Of a stretch of 64,000 nt of DNA, positions 1 to 15,395 are shown in pieces. The notes below the pieces were generated by a model. It was not told the origin of the DNA. It searched no databases and saw only the letters and a program-made list of their open reading frames with translations. The translations under genes and the position numbers were made by a program. The DNA comes from the human T2T-CHM13v2.0 reference genome, Homo sapiens, in assembly GCF_009914755.1 (NCBI RefSeq), contig NC_060925.1; one strand, given 5' to 3'. Within the stretch, counting starts at the first letter, position 1. Each line of letters begins with the position of its first letter.

Positions 1-704
1 GCTGACAAGGCAAAGTGAACCCTTTTAATTTCCTAATAAGGACTTTCACACAGACTAGCATTCTACGCAATGCTTGCTGCTCCAACTCCTACTCCAACCA
101 ACCTCCCAACCAGAGCATCTCCAGAGAGTAAAACTCTGTGAGAACCTAAATGGTTTGATTTCAGGTTTTCCAAAAGAATTGCTAGTGGAATTCCTAACAA
201 GGAGGATTTAAATTCCTATATATAATCAGTATCTCTTGGCAAGTACTTTCTTTCTAGATTTGGAATAAGTTAACAGGAGAGATGGTAAGTAGCTTTTTAA
301 ATGAAGAAAGCCACTTTCTCCTGGGGTCCCTGAATCAGCTGAGTCTTCCTGTGTTGTATATATACCCTCTCTGTTCTTTTCTGTAGCATAATTCTTTTAA
401 TAGAAGCTTTATTTTCTATGTACCTCAGGTGATTCTGTGAATGAACATTTCTAACACTTGTTAGAGCTGCAACTCTGCTAGTTGCAGACTATATATCCCA
501 ACAGACTAGCCTAAAACAAAACTGGGTGGTCCCTACTGGATATAGATTTGACTGAATGACAGACTGACCTCTAATCCCTTGGGGAAACTAATTTGGGAGA
601 AACCAGCTTTTGCTGTTTTTAAAAATCACTACTTTACCAATCATCTTAACGTGGAATTGGAATAACTGTGCCATTAAAAGTTTCTCCCTTCAAAAAAAAC
701 AAAT

Positions 705-2090
705 ACCTCTATGTCTTGATTTTTTATCTGCTTATCAATTTATGATATAGGAATATTAAAAGTGCTAATCTTAAACTATTCAAAGTTTTTGTATTTCCTC
801 ATACAAGTTCCATCTATCAAGTGTTAGTGTATATATTTTAAAAATAATTTGTAAGACATATGTTCCATAATTATTAAACCTTCTTTTTAAATTATCTTAT
901 ACCATTTATAATTGATCATAACATACCTACATACAACTACAAAACAAATTATGTTTATACAATGATAAAGTGAACAACATATAACTAAAACTCAGATCAA
1001 GAAATAGAACATGCAATAACACAGAACCCTGCCCCTACAGCCCTACCCGATCACAACCCCCACCTTTCCAATGGAGTTAACCATGATCCCGACTTTTGTG
1101 ACAGAGGCATATCATATAAGGCCGGGCACAGTGGCTCATGCCTGTAATCCCAGCACTTTGGGAGACCGAGGTGTGAGACGAGCCTGGGCAACATGGCAAA
1201 ACTCCACCTCTACAAAAAATACAAAAGTTAGCCAGTTGTGGTGACACATGCCTGTGGTACCAGCTACTCAGGAAGCTGAGGTATGAGGATCAACTGAGCT
1301 CAAGAGGTCGAGGCTACAGTGAGCTGTAATTGTGCCACTGCACTCCAGCCTCGATGACAGAATGAGACCCGGTCTCCACAAAAAAAAAAAAAAAAAAAAA
1401 AGCGTCTCATATGTATTCTTTCCTATGTTGCTTCATGTCAGGTTTTAGAATCAAGGTCATTCTAGTCTCATAAAATGACTTGGGCAATGGTCCTTCTTCT
1501 TCTATTATCTGGGGAAGTTTAAGTTTAGAATTACTTCTTCCTTAAATGATTCATGGAACTTGCATGAATTCAGCTCAATCTGGAAAAGTTATTACATGGT
1601 ATCTTAAAATGAGTAATACATTTACATGCTTTAAAAAATCAGAACAAAAATAAAAAGGCTCCCACTTATAAGTGTCACTCCCACTCCTGTCTACCCCATT
1701 CCCTCGACTACCTATTATTGTTACTGTATAAAAATACAAGTGTAAACAATATTTCTACCTACCTCTGTTTAACAAAAAAAAGACACACTTAAATACTATT
1801 CTGCATCTTATTTTATTCACTTTACAATACATTCTGGAGATCGCGCTACATAGGTACAGTGAACTTTCTTGACTGCAGCTACACGGTATTCTATTCTATC
1901 ACTATACCAATAGTTTATTCAACCGGTTGCCTAATGTCAGATATTTGGGTTGTGTTTCTCTTATTTTTTACACTTGAATTTTGATCCATCTGTGGTTTGT
2001 CCTGGAATATGTAAGAGTTTTAACTTGTTCCACAAATGGACTTTTCCAAATGGTTATCCAGTTGTCTCAGGACCATTTATTAAAAGTTTT
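705..2090 (-). mobile_element. Old L1 (L1M/L1ME-like) fragments, interrupted by an Alu
   Basis: Degenerate reverse-complement L1 ORF2/3' UTR-like sequence. Confidence 0.5.
1120..1401 (+). mobile_element. AluJ with left-arm deletion
   Basis: GGCCGGGCACAGTGGCTC start, J-type right arm, A-tail. Confidence 0.9.
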
Positions 2091-2093
2091 ATT

Positions 2094-2703
<610 letters not shown>

Positions 2704-2716
2704 ACGACATCTAAAC

Positions 2717-2940
2717 CAGGTTTCAGCAAACCATGGCCTGAAGGTCAAATCTGGTCCATTACCTGTTTTTAAAAATAAAATTTTATTTGAATACAACCAC
2801 ATCCATCATTCATTTGCAAACTGTCTATGGCTAGTTTTCACACCACAATGACAGAGAAGAGTAGTTGCCACAGAGAACATATGAACTGTGAAATCTAAAA
2901 TATTTACTGTCACTTTACAGAAAAAGTTTGTTGACCCACA
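2717..2940 (+). mobile_element. MER58A (hAT-Charlie non-autonomous DNA transposon)
   Basis: CAGGTTTCAGCAAAC...GAAAAAGTTTGTTGACCC termini; 8-bp TSD atctaaac/gtctaaac. Confidence 0.85.
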
Positions 2941-2959
2941 GTCTAAACAGTCCACTTAA

Positions 2960-5900
2960 AATACAGATTATCAGAATATGTAAAAAATATAAAACCTAAC
3001 TATATGAAAAAGGTTAATATCATAAGAAAGCTGGCTATACTGAGGCAAATCAGACTATGACAACGAGTACTACCTTGAAGGGAAACATTGCATGATTAAA
3101 GGCTCAGTGTATAAGAAAGATGAACAATTGGAACATGTATGCACCAATTAAGTTTCAAAATGCATAAAATAAAAAGAGAGGAAACTACAGGGAAATACAG
3201 ACATACCCACAATTATATTTGAAAACTTTAAAACCCTCTTCTCAGCACTGACAGAACTAAACAAAAATTAGGAAATTATGGAAGAGCTTAATGACTGCAT
3301 CAACCGTCTAGAGCTAACTGATGTATAAAACACAACAAACAATAAATGTAGAAAAAACATTCTTTTCAAGTGTACATGGAATGTTCAATGCACACAGTGT
3401 ATCTAGACAATGTAATATTATTCAGCACTAAAAAGAAAAGAGCTATCAAGCCATTTAAAGATGTAGAGGAACCATAAATTCATATTACTGAGAAAAGCCA
3501 ATCTGAACAGGCTACATACTGTATCATTCTAACTATTCTGGAAAAGGCAAAAGTATGGAGATTATAAAAAAAGACCAGTGGTGGCCAGGGGTCAGTGGTG
3601 AGGGAGAAATGAATAAACAGACAGAGCACAGAAGATTTCTAGGGCAGTGGAAACTACTCTGTTTGATACTACAATGGCAGATACATAACATACATTTGTC
3701 AAAACCCACTGAACGTACAACATCAGGAGTGAACCCTAAGGTAAACTACAGACTTTGGGTAATAATAATATGTCAATGTAGTTTCCTGGATTGTAACAAA
3801 TGTACCATTCTGGTTCAGTGTTTTGGGAGATGAAGATTGGGTAAGTGTGGGAACAGGAGGTATACGGGAACTCTGTATTTTCTGCTCAATTTTGCTGTGA
3901 ACTTAAAACTGCTCTAAAATATAAAGTCTATTAAAAAATTAATCAAAGTAATCCACTATGTCAACTAACTGAAAGAAAAAATCCATATAATGATTTCAAT
4001 AGATACAGAAAAAGCATATGACAGAATTCAGCACCTATCAATAACTATATTTTTTAAATGCTCAGCAAACTATTATAGTAACAGAAGACAATATCTTCAA
4101 TCAGATAAAAGGCACCTACCAAAATATTGCCTAACAATAATTTCACCATACTTAACAGTAAAACACTGAATTCTTCCTCCCTCAGTTCAGGAATAAGGTA
4201 AGGATGTCCACCCTTGTGACACCATTTCAACACTGTATTAGAGGTCCGAGCTAGTGCAGTAAGTCAAGACAAAGAAATAGAAAGTCTACAAAGTAAAAAG
4301 GATGCGTCCCTATTCTGAAAATCCTATTATCAGACAGCAGGACTGCTTACACAGAAAAACTAAGAAACCAGGGACCAAAATAACAACAAAACTACTAAAA
4401 AATAAATGACTTTAGTAGGTAGGAAATAAAGTCTGATACAAAAATCAACTATATTATCTACATATTAGCAGCATAGTGTTTGAATGTAAAAATTTTAAAG
4501 ATATCATTTATCAGAGTCAAAAAACTTAAATACTTAGGAATAAATTTAAGAAAATATGAAGAAGACCTATACATTAAAACTATAAAACATCCTTGAGAAA
4601 ATTAAGTTAGACCTTCAAAAAACAAAGAGAAATATCTGCTTCAGAGACTAACAGACTCAACATTATTAAGATATTGGTCCTCCCAAAATTTATCTATGTA
4701 CTCAGTGCATACTCAATTACATCAGTAGGCTTTTATAAAAATTGATATATTGATTCTAAAATGCAAAAGTCTTCGAATAATTAAAACAATCTTGAAAAAG
4801 AACAAAGTAGGACTCCATACACTCAGAGTTCATTACACAATCTCAACATTAGTATAAAGCTATAGGAATCAAGACTGTGGTATTAGCATAAAGGCAGACA
4901 ATGAGATAAAGAGAATAGAGAGGACAGCAATAGAGCACATGGTCTTTTTACTAAGGTGCTAAAATGACTTAATAAAGGGAAAACAGCCTTTTCAACAAAT
5001 GGTGCTGAAACAACTGGCTACAAATACAAAAAAAAAAAATGAATCTCAATGCCGATATCACATCAGACATGAATTTGAGATGGATCACCAATCTAAATAT
5101 AGTAGCTAAAAATAGAAGGCTTTTAGAAAAAAAAAACATAGATATCTTTGTGATCTGAGTATAAACAAGGATTTCTTAGAACACAGAAAATACTAACTGT
5201 AATAGAAAACAATTGATAAAATTATACCTTCAAAATTGAAAACTTCTGCTCTAAACGATAATTTTTTTAAAAAATGAACAAACCACACAGTCTGAGAAAA
5301 TATTGCTAAAACATCTGACAAAGAACTCCTACAGCTCAACAATAAAAATACAAACATTTCAATTTCTAAAGACTGAGCAAAAAATTTGAACATATACCTC
5401 ACAAAGGAAGATATAAAAATGGTTAATAGGCACACAAAAACCCCATGATTATGCTGATATATAACACAAATGCAAACAACAATGAAAATTAAGACCACAG
5501 AATACCACTACATACCCACTAGAATGGCTAAAATTAATATTAACAACAAAAAATATTAGGCAAGAACAGGGCATAAGTAGGAATATAAAAATGGTACAAT
5601 CCAACTGGAAGTAGTATGCCAGTTTCTTTTAAATTTAAACATGCAACTACTGCCTAGCATAGCAGTTCCACTTCTGGTTATTTACCCAAAGAAAACAAAA
5701 ACATATTTCCATAAAAACCTGTAGGAGAATATTCATATCAGCTTTATTTCTAATAGCCAAAAAATTGGAAACAAATGTTCATCAATAGGAAAATGAATAA
5801 ACTGTGGAACATTGATAAAATGGTATACTGCTCAGTAATAAAAACGATTAATACATGCAATTGCAAGGATGAGTCTTGGACATTATCCTGAGTGAAAGGT

Positions 5901-7100
5901 GGACACAAAAGAGTACATACTGTATAATTCCATTTATATGAAATTTTCAAACAGTCAAAATTAATCTACAGTTAAAACTCAGAACAGCGGTTGCCATTTG
6001 ATGGAAGCTGTGGGGAACCAACGAGGAAGAAAACTTCCCAGGGTGACAGAAATATTCTGTATCTTGATAAGGGTGATCCATTTTCCAAAACCTCAAGGAA
6101 CTGTATATATACAATTAGGGTATTTCAATGTATGTAAAATTTTCCTCAGAAGATCTAAACAAACAACAAAAAGATTTTGTGCTCCTTGTTCATATGGCTT
6201 CACCAGTGAGGTCTTCTTGGCATTATTAAAAAGAAATAACACCAATCTTACACAAATGCTTTCAGAGAATTGAGAAAAAACACTTTCCAAATTGTCTTAT
6301 GAGCTTAAATAATATCGTTCCAAAATGTAAGATTATAAAATAGACAAAGGCCAATCTGTCTCATGCACATAAACAAAAAAATTATAAACAAAATATCAGC
6401 AAATCAAACCCAACTATATATTAAAAGGCCAACTGAATTTCTATAGTACTGTAATATTGGTATATTTGAAAATTATAATATCAATATTAGCCAAATATCA
6501 TAGTAAAATCATATCAAAACAGATATAGATGGAGCTTTTGATAAAAGTTAGCTCCTATTAATGATAAAAGCTATCTACAGACTAGGGCAAGAAGGAAAAA
6601 GAGTAATCATTTTTTTGAAAAGTAGTAGTAGCAAACTTCTTAATCATTAGTAAAATGCTGAACACTTTCTCCTGATTCACAAACCAGACAAGGATGATGC
6701 CCACTTTCAGCACTTAAATTCAACATTTTATTAAAGATCTTCTCTATTACAATAATAGAGGAAAAAGAAATAAAAGGAATAAATATTGGGAAGAACAAAT
6801 GCTATCATTAATTGAAGATCAAGATGAACATATAGAGAATTCAAAAAATTTATGTACAAACTAGAAGAAGTTAATATAATCAAGTTCCTTAAATAAAAGA
6901 TTAATATTTTTAAAGCCAATTGTATTTCTACCACAGCAAGAAAATAAAAAATAGAATTCTAAAACTATCCTTTACTAGCTTACTAAAAAACATCAGACTC
7001 AAAAAAATTAAATAAAAAAAGAATTGGATTGGGGCAGATAAAAAAAAGAAATCAGACCCATAAATTTAGTGAAACATGAACAAGACATCTACATTGAAAA
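2960..7100 (+). mobile_element. Nested old L1 fragments (L1MC/MD/ME ORF2 and 3' ends)
   Basis: Degenerate ORF2 motifs (e.g. ttttcaacaaatggtgctg) and an L1MC/MD-type 3' UTR at ~3400-3940. Confidence 0.75.
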
Positions 7101-7671
7101 ATATTCCTCAAAGAACAAAAACAGAAACACCATTTGACCCAACAATCCCATTACTTGGGTATATACCCAAAGGAATATAAATTGTTCTCTTATAAAGACA
7201 CAAGCACACATACATTCACTGCAGCACTATTCACAATAGCAAAGACATGGAATCAACCTAAATGCCCAGAATGGTAGACTAGATTTTTAAATGTGGTACA
7301 TATACACCATGGAATGCTATGCAGCCACAGAAAAAAAATGAGATCATGTCCTTTGCAGGGACATGGATGGAGCCGGAGGCCATTATGCTCTGCAAACTAA
7401 CACAGGAACAGAAAACCAAATACCCCATGTTCTCACTTGTAAGTGGGAGCTAAATGATGAGTACACATGGACACATAGAAGGGAACAACACACACTGGGA
7501 CCTGTCAGAGGACAGAGGGTGGGAGGAGGGAGAGGATCAGGAAAAAATAACTGATGGGTACTGAGCTTAATAGGGCGATGAAATAATCTGTACAACAAAT
7601 GCCCATGACACAAGTTTACTTATTTAACAAACCTGCAAGTGTACCCCTGACCTTAAGAACTGTTTTTAAAA
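7101..7671 (+). mobile_element. 5'-truncated L1PA13-16-like 3' end
   Basis: L1PA 3' UTR motifs; 19-bp TSD aagac(a/t)tctacattgaaaa at 7082-7100 and 7672-7690. Confidence 0.85.
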
Positions 7672-7690
7672 AAGACTTCTACATTGAAAA

Positions 7691-8091
7691 CTGTTTTTAA
7701 AAAATTAATAAGTGGCACACATAGGGGCCCAACTTAAAAGTTTCTTTGCAATTAAATGTGAAAAAGGTAGTCTTTAAAACAAACAATAATCAGAAACCAC
7801 AAAGAATAAAGTGAACTTTGACCTATACCTCAGAAAACACAAAACAGTCAATACCAGAGAGATGAGACATCTAAATGTGAAAGGTTTGTCTTGAAAGATC
7901 AAAGAAAGAATTTATTTTAATTATTGGAAAATATGTTCATGACCTTGAGGTTAGAAAAAAACTTCTTAAAAACACAAAAATCACTAATTATAAGTAAAAG
8001 TTTAATTAATTGCACTCCATTAACATTAAGAATTTCTGTTCAATACAAGATCTTTGGAGAGAGGGAAATGCCAAGCCACGGAAAAGATTTG

Positions 8092-8126
<35 letters not shown>

Positions 8127-8919
8127 TGCACATCTCCAACAACAGATTTGAATCTAGAATATGACGATAAGTCAGACAACTCACCCATGCAACTCCTACT
8201 TACCCAACCCCAAAATGTGTACTTCATGGAAAGGATATCTAAGTGATGTGAGGTGATATGAAAATGTGTTCAAATGTAGGCGCTATCAAGAAATGCGAAA
8301 TGAAATAACACAATACGGCCACTCACTCACCAAAAAAAAACTAAAGTAAAAAAAAAAAAAGACCCATGTTAGCGAGGTTATAAAGCAACTGGGACCTTTA
8401 TACACTGTTGACGGGAATATAAATCATTAACCACTTGGGAAGTTATTTGGCATTATCTGCTAAAGCTAAATAAGCCTACCCTGTGACCCAGCAATTCTAA
8501 ATTTGTATCAAACACAAATAAGTGCTCATAGCTCCCAAAAGATATGCACAAAAATGTTTCTAACAGCATTATTCATAATGGCCAAAAACCATAAACAACT
8601 TGAACACCATTAATAAATAACTTGTGACATATTCATATTAAGAAAAATACTGTGAACCAGTGAAAAACAAGAATGAATTACAAAAGTGTACTGTTGAGCA
8701 CAAGAAGCCAGAAACCAGAGTATATATTACATAATTCCATTAACATAAAACTCAAAAACAAGCAAAAAAAATCTATGGTGATAGAAGTCAGAATAGTTAA
8801 CAAGGAAGTGATTATTCACATGGTGGGGGGGGGGCAATGGGAGCCTATCAGAATGCTAGAAATGTACTATATCTTGATCTGCTTGATGGTTTATACAAAC
8901 TCATACAAATGTAAAAATC
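7691..8919 (+). mobile_element. Old L1ME-like ORF2/3' fragment with (CA)n at ~8093-8122
   Basis: Degenerate L1 3' region. Its end resumes at 14917, after the L1MA insertion. Confidence 0.7.
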
Positions 8920-9615
8920 TGGCTATGGCCAGGGGTGAAGCAAGGTAGCAGAATAGAAGCCTACACCATTCAAGCTCTCCCACACCATGCTGGAACAGCA
9001 AATTTTAAAAACTATCTGCAAAGAGAAAAGCACTCTCACAAGAACCAAAACTCAGGTAAGCAATCACAGTACCTGGTTTTAACTTCATATCTTGAAAAAA
9101 AGGCATTGAGGAAGACAGGAGAGACAGTCTTGAATCATGGATGCCACCCCTATTTCCTATTCCCTGGCAATGGCCATGAGGTAGAGAGAGAGAATATACT
9201 TCAGGGAGGGAAAGCGCAGAGACTCAGTGCTGCCCTGTCACAGCAGAGAATGAAGCCCTGCTGGGCTCAGCCAGTGGCCATGCTTGGAGGGGCATTTGAC
9301 TAGCTCTAGCCAAAGGGGAGTCACCCATCCCAGCAAGTCAGAACGAGTTTCCCAGCAAGCATCACCACTGCAGGCTGAAGTGCTCTGGGGTCCTAGGTAA
9401 ACCTGAATGGCAGTCAAGTTGGGTTCTAACAAGGACTCCAATTCCTAGGCAACTCCTAGTGCTTAGAGCCAGTGAACTAGGGTTGCTCATGACCTAGGGA
9501 GGCATCAGCTGTCCATCCCCCAACCCAGGCAGTGCAGCTCACAGGAACCAGACTGACTCCTTCCTTCTGCTTAAGAACAGAAGAGCAAAGAGTAAAGAGG
9601 ACTTTGTCTTGCATC

Positions 9616-9960
<345 letters not shown>

Positions 9961-11248
9961 TAGAACAGAGCACCAGGCAGAGCCATGAGGCCCCCATTCC
10001 AGGCCCTAGCTCCCCAATGATATTTCTAGACACACTCTGGGCCAAAAGGGAACCGGCTGCCTTGAAGAGAAGGATCCAGTCCTGGCAGGACTCATCACCT
10101 GCTGACTAAAGAGTTCTTGGGCAATGAATTGCCACTGGGCACCAGCAATACCCAGGGAGTATGCTGTGGGCCTTGAGGTCTGAGACTACTTGCTTCAAAG
10201 GAGACCCAGCACATTCCCAGTTGTGGTGGCCACTGTGAAAGACTCCTTCTGTCTGAGAAAAGCAGAGGGAAAAGTAAAGGGAACTTTGTCTTGCTTTCAG
10301 GTATCACAGTGGGACAGAACAAAAGGCAGGCTTTTCAGATCCCCAAGTCCAGCCTCTTGGACACCATTTCTGGACCGGCTCTGGGCCAGAGGGGGGCCCA
10401 CTGCCTGAAGGGTGAGTCCGAGGCCTGGCAGCACTCACCACAAGCTGATGAAAGAGCTCTTGGGCTTTAAGTGAACACTGGTGGTGTGGCCTGGCAGAAC
10501 TGCTCATGGAACAGTCATGGTGCTGGCCACAGAGAGACGCTCCTCCTCTGCATGTGGAAAGGGGAGAGAAGAGCGGGAAGAACTTTTTGTATTGTGGTTT
10601 GAATGCCAGCACAGACGTAGTAAAAATAAAACATCAGGTAGATTGCTAAGGTTTTTAACTAGAATCGCAGGCTACCAGACAGCATCTCTGGACACACCCG
10701 GGGCCTGGGGAAACTCACCACCCTGAAGGGAAGGGCCTTGGGCAAGGCCCAGTGCTGTGCTGGCTTCAGGTCTGACCCAGCACAGTCCCAGTGATGGTGG
10801 CCACAGGGGTGCTTGTATCACCAAATCCCCAGAGTTCCAGGTGGCTCGATACAGAAAGAAAGACCCAATATGTTTGGAAGAAAGTAAAGTAAAAGAATAA
10901 GAGTTTTTGCCTGGTAATCCAGAGAAAACTTTTGGATCTTATCCAAGACCACCAAGACAATACCTATATAAGACTGCAAAAACCACTGTGTTATTGGCCT
11001 TTGAGCCCAAGTCCCTTCAAATACCTGGAATGCTTTCCCAAGAAAGACAGGTACAAACAAGCCCAGACTGCAAAGTCTACAATAAATACCTAACTCTTCA
11101 ATGTCCAGACACCGAAAACATCTAAAAGCATCAACACTATCCAAAAAACCTGACCTCACCAAATGAACTAAATAAGGCACTGGGGATCAATCCTAGAGAA
11201 ACAGAGACACATGACATTTCAGACACAGAATTCAAAATAGCTATTTTG

Positions 11249-11537
11249 GGCCAAGCACGGTGGCTCACACCTGTAATCCCAGCACCATGGGAGGCCGAGG
11301 TGGGTGGATTACTTGAGGTCAGGAGCTCGAGACCAGCCTGGCCAACATGGTGAAACCCCATCTCTACTAAAAATATAAAAATTAGCCAGGGGTGGTGGTG
11401 GGTGCCTGTAATCCCAGCTACTCAGCAGGCTGACATGGAAGAATCACAGAACCTGGGAGGCAGAGGTTGCAGTGAGCCAAGATCGTGTCACTGCACTCTA
11501 GCCTGGGCAACAGAGCGAGACTTTGTCTCAAAAAAAA
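11249..11537 (+). mobile_element. AluS
   Basis: Full dimer, flanked by agctattttg. Confidence 0.92.
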
Positions 11538-11545
11538 GCTATTTT

Positions 11546-11836
<291 letters not shown>

Positions 11837-11925
11837 CTACTTTGAGGAAACTCAAAGAAATTCAAGATAACACAGAGAAGGAATTTGGGATTCTATAAGA
11901 TAAATTTCACAGATTAAAATAATTA

Positions 11926-12240
<315 letters not shown>

Positions 12241-14498
12241 TTAAAAATCAAGCAGAAATTCTAGAGTTGAAAAACTCAACTGACATGTTAAAGAATGTAT
12301 CAGAGTCTCTTAATAGCAGAACTGATCAAGCAGAAGCAAGAATTAGTGAGCTTGAAAATGGTCTATTTGAAAATACACAGAGGTGACAAAAGAATGAAAA
12401 AGAATGAAGCATGTATAAGATCTAGGAAACAACCTCAAAGGGTAAATCTAAGAGTTATTGACCTTAAAGAGAAGGTAGAGAAAATAAGAGTAGAAAGTTT
12501 ATTAAAGGGATAATAAGAACTTTCCAAATCTAGAGAAAGATATCAATATTCAAGTACAGCATAGTTCTTTAAGTATTAGCTAGAGCAATTAAACAAGAGA
12601 AAGAATGAAAGGTGTCCAAATTGGAAAGAAAAAAGTCAAATTATCCTTGTTTGAAGATGATATGGTCTTATATTTTGGAAAACCTAAAGACTCCACACAC
12701 ACACACACAAAAACTTATTCAAACTGATGAACAAATTCAGTAAAGTTGCAGGATACAAAATCAACATACAAAAATCAGTAGCATTTCTCTATGCCAACAG
12801 TGAACAATCTGAAAAAGAAATGAAAAAAGTAATCCCATTTACAATAGCCACAAATAAAATTAAATACCTAGGATTTAAATCAGCCAAAGAAGTAAAAGAT
12901 GTCTACAGTGAAAACTACAGAACACAAATGCTATGGTCAAATGGCATAAGAATAAAATGCTATTATTTATTTGTCCCCTACAAAAAAATGTAAAAATTCA
13001 TCAAGTTATCTATGTGTATTTTTTAATTGAAGTATATAAACATACATGTGAGGTATGCACACACACACACATACATCAATATACTGATGAAACACTGATG
13101 AAAGAAACTGAAGAGGACACAAAAAACTGAAAAAATATTCAATGTACATGGGTTAGAAGAATCAATACTGTTAAAATATCCATATTGCCCAAAGCAATCT
13201 ACAGATTCAATGCAATCCCTGTCAAAGTATTAATGACATTCTTTCACAGAAATAGAAAAAATAATCCTAAAATTTATATGGAATTACAAAAGACCCAGAA
13301 TAGCCAAAGCTATCCCAAGCAAAAAGAACAAAACTGGAAGAATCATATTACCTGACTTCAAATGATACTACAGAGCTACAGTAACCAAACTAGCATGGTA
13401 CTGACATAAAAACAGACACATAGATTAATGAAACAGAATAAAGAACCCAGAAGGAAATCCACATACATACAGGGAACTAATTTTCAACAACGGTGCCAAG
13501 AATGTTAGGGAAAAGACAGTCTCTTCAATAAATGGTGCTGGGAAAACTGGATAACCATATGCAGAAGAAGGAAATTTGATCCCTATCTCTCACCTTACAT
13601 AAAAAACAAATCAAAATGGATTAAAGATTTAAGTCTAATACCTCAAAGTATAAAACTACTAAAAGAAAACATTGGTGAAAATCTCCAGGACACTGGTCTG
13701 CACAAAAATTTCTTAAAACACAGCCAACCAAAGCAAAAATGGACAAATAAGATGACACGAAATTAAAAAGCTTCTGCACAGCAAAGGAAACAATCAACCC
13801 ACAGTGAAGAGACAGAATCAAACCACAGTGAAGAGACAACCCACAGAATGGGAGGAAATATTTGCAAACTACTCATCTGACAAGGGATTAATAACCAGAA
13901 TATACAAGGAATTCAAACAACTCTATAGGAAACAATCTGATAATCCAATTTTTAAAATGGGCTAAAGATTTGAATAGACCTTTCTATAAAAAAGACATAC
14001 GAATGGCAAACAGGCATATGAAAAAAGTGGTCAACATCACTGATCATCAGAGAAATGCAAATCAAAACTACAATGAGGTATCATCTCACCCCAGTTAAAA
14101 TGACTTTTATCCATAAGGCAGGCAATAACAAATGCTGGTGAGGATGTGGAGAAAAAGGAGATGGGGATGATTAATGAGTACAAAAAAAACAGAATGACGA
14201 AGACCTAGTATTTGGTAGCACAAGAGGGGGACTGTAGTCAATAATAATTTAATTGTCCATTCTGAAATAACTAAAAGAGTACAACTGGATTTTTTGTAAC
14301 ACAAAGGACCAATAATAATTTAGTTGTCCATTTTGAAATAACTAAGAGTACAACTGGATTTTCTGTAACACAAAGGATAAATGCTTGAATGTCCATTTTG
14401 AAATAACGTGGATATCCAATTTTCCATGATGCAATTATTAAGCATTGCATGCCTGTACCAAAATATCTCACGTACTCCATAAATATATAAACCTACTA

Positions 14499-14844
<346 letters not shown>

Positions 14845-15099
14845 GAATGCTATGGTCAAATGGCATAACAATAAAATGCTATTGCTTGTTTTGTACCCTA
14901 AAAAAATGTAAAAATCCATCGAGTTATATGTGTGTATATTTTTTGAAACTGAAGTGTGTGTGTGTGTGTATGTGTGTGTGTGTATACCATAATATACTTC
15001 AATTTTTTTTAATTTTAGGACCTCAAAAAATATATTTTCAGACAAATAAAATCAGATAATTTGTTATCAGCAGACTTACACTGAAGAAATACTAAAGAG

Positions 15100-15395
15100 G
15101 GCCAGGCACAGTGCCTCACAACTGTAATCCCAGCACTTTGGGAGGCTGAGGCAGGAGGACTCCTTGAGCCTTGGAGTTTGAGACCAGCCTAGGCAACGTA
15201 GGAAAACCCCGTCACTACAAGAAAATTTACAAATTAGCCAAGCATGCTGGTGCACAGCTATAGTCTTAGCTACCCAGGATGCTGAGGCAGGAGGATCACT
15301 TGGGCCCAGGAATTCAAGGCTGCAGTGAGCTATGATCACACCACTGCACTGCAGCCAGAGAGACAAAGCAAAACTTTGTCTCTAAATATTAAAAA
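15100..15395 (+). mobile_element. AluJ
   Basis: J-type diagnostic motifs; diverged TSD. Confidence 0.88.
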
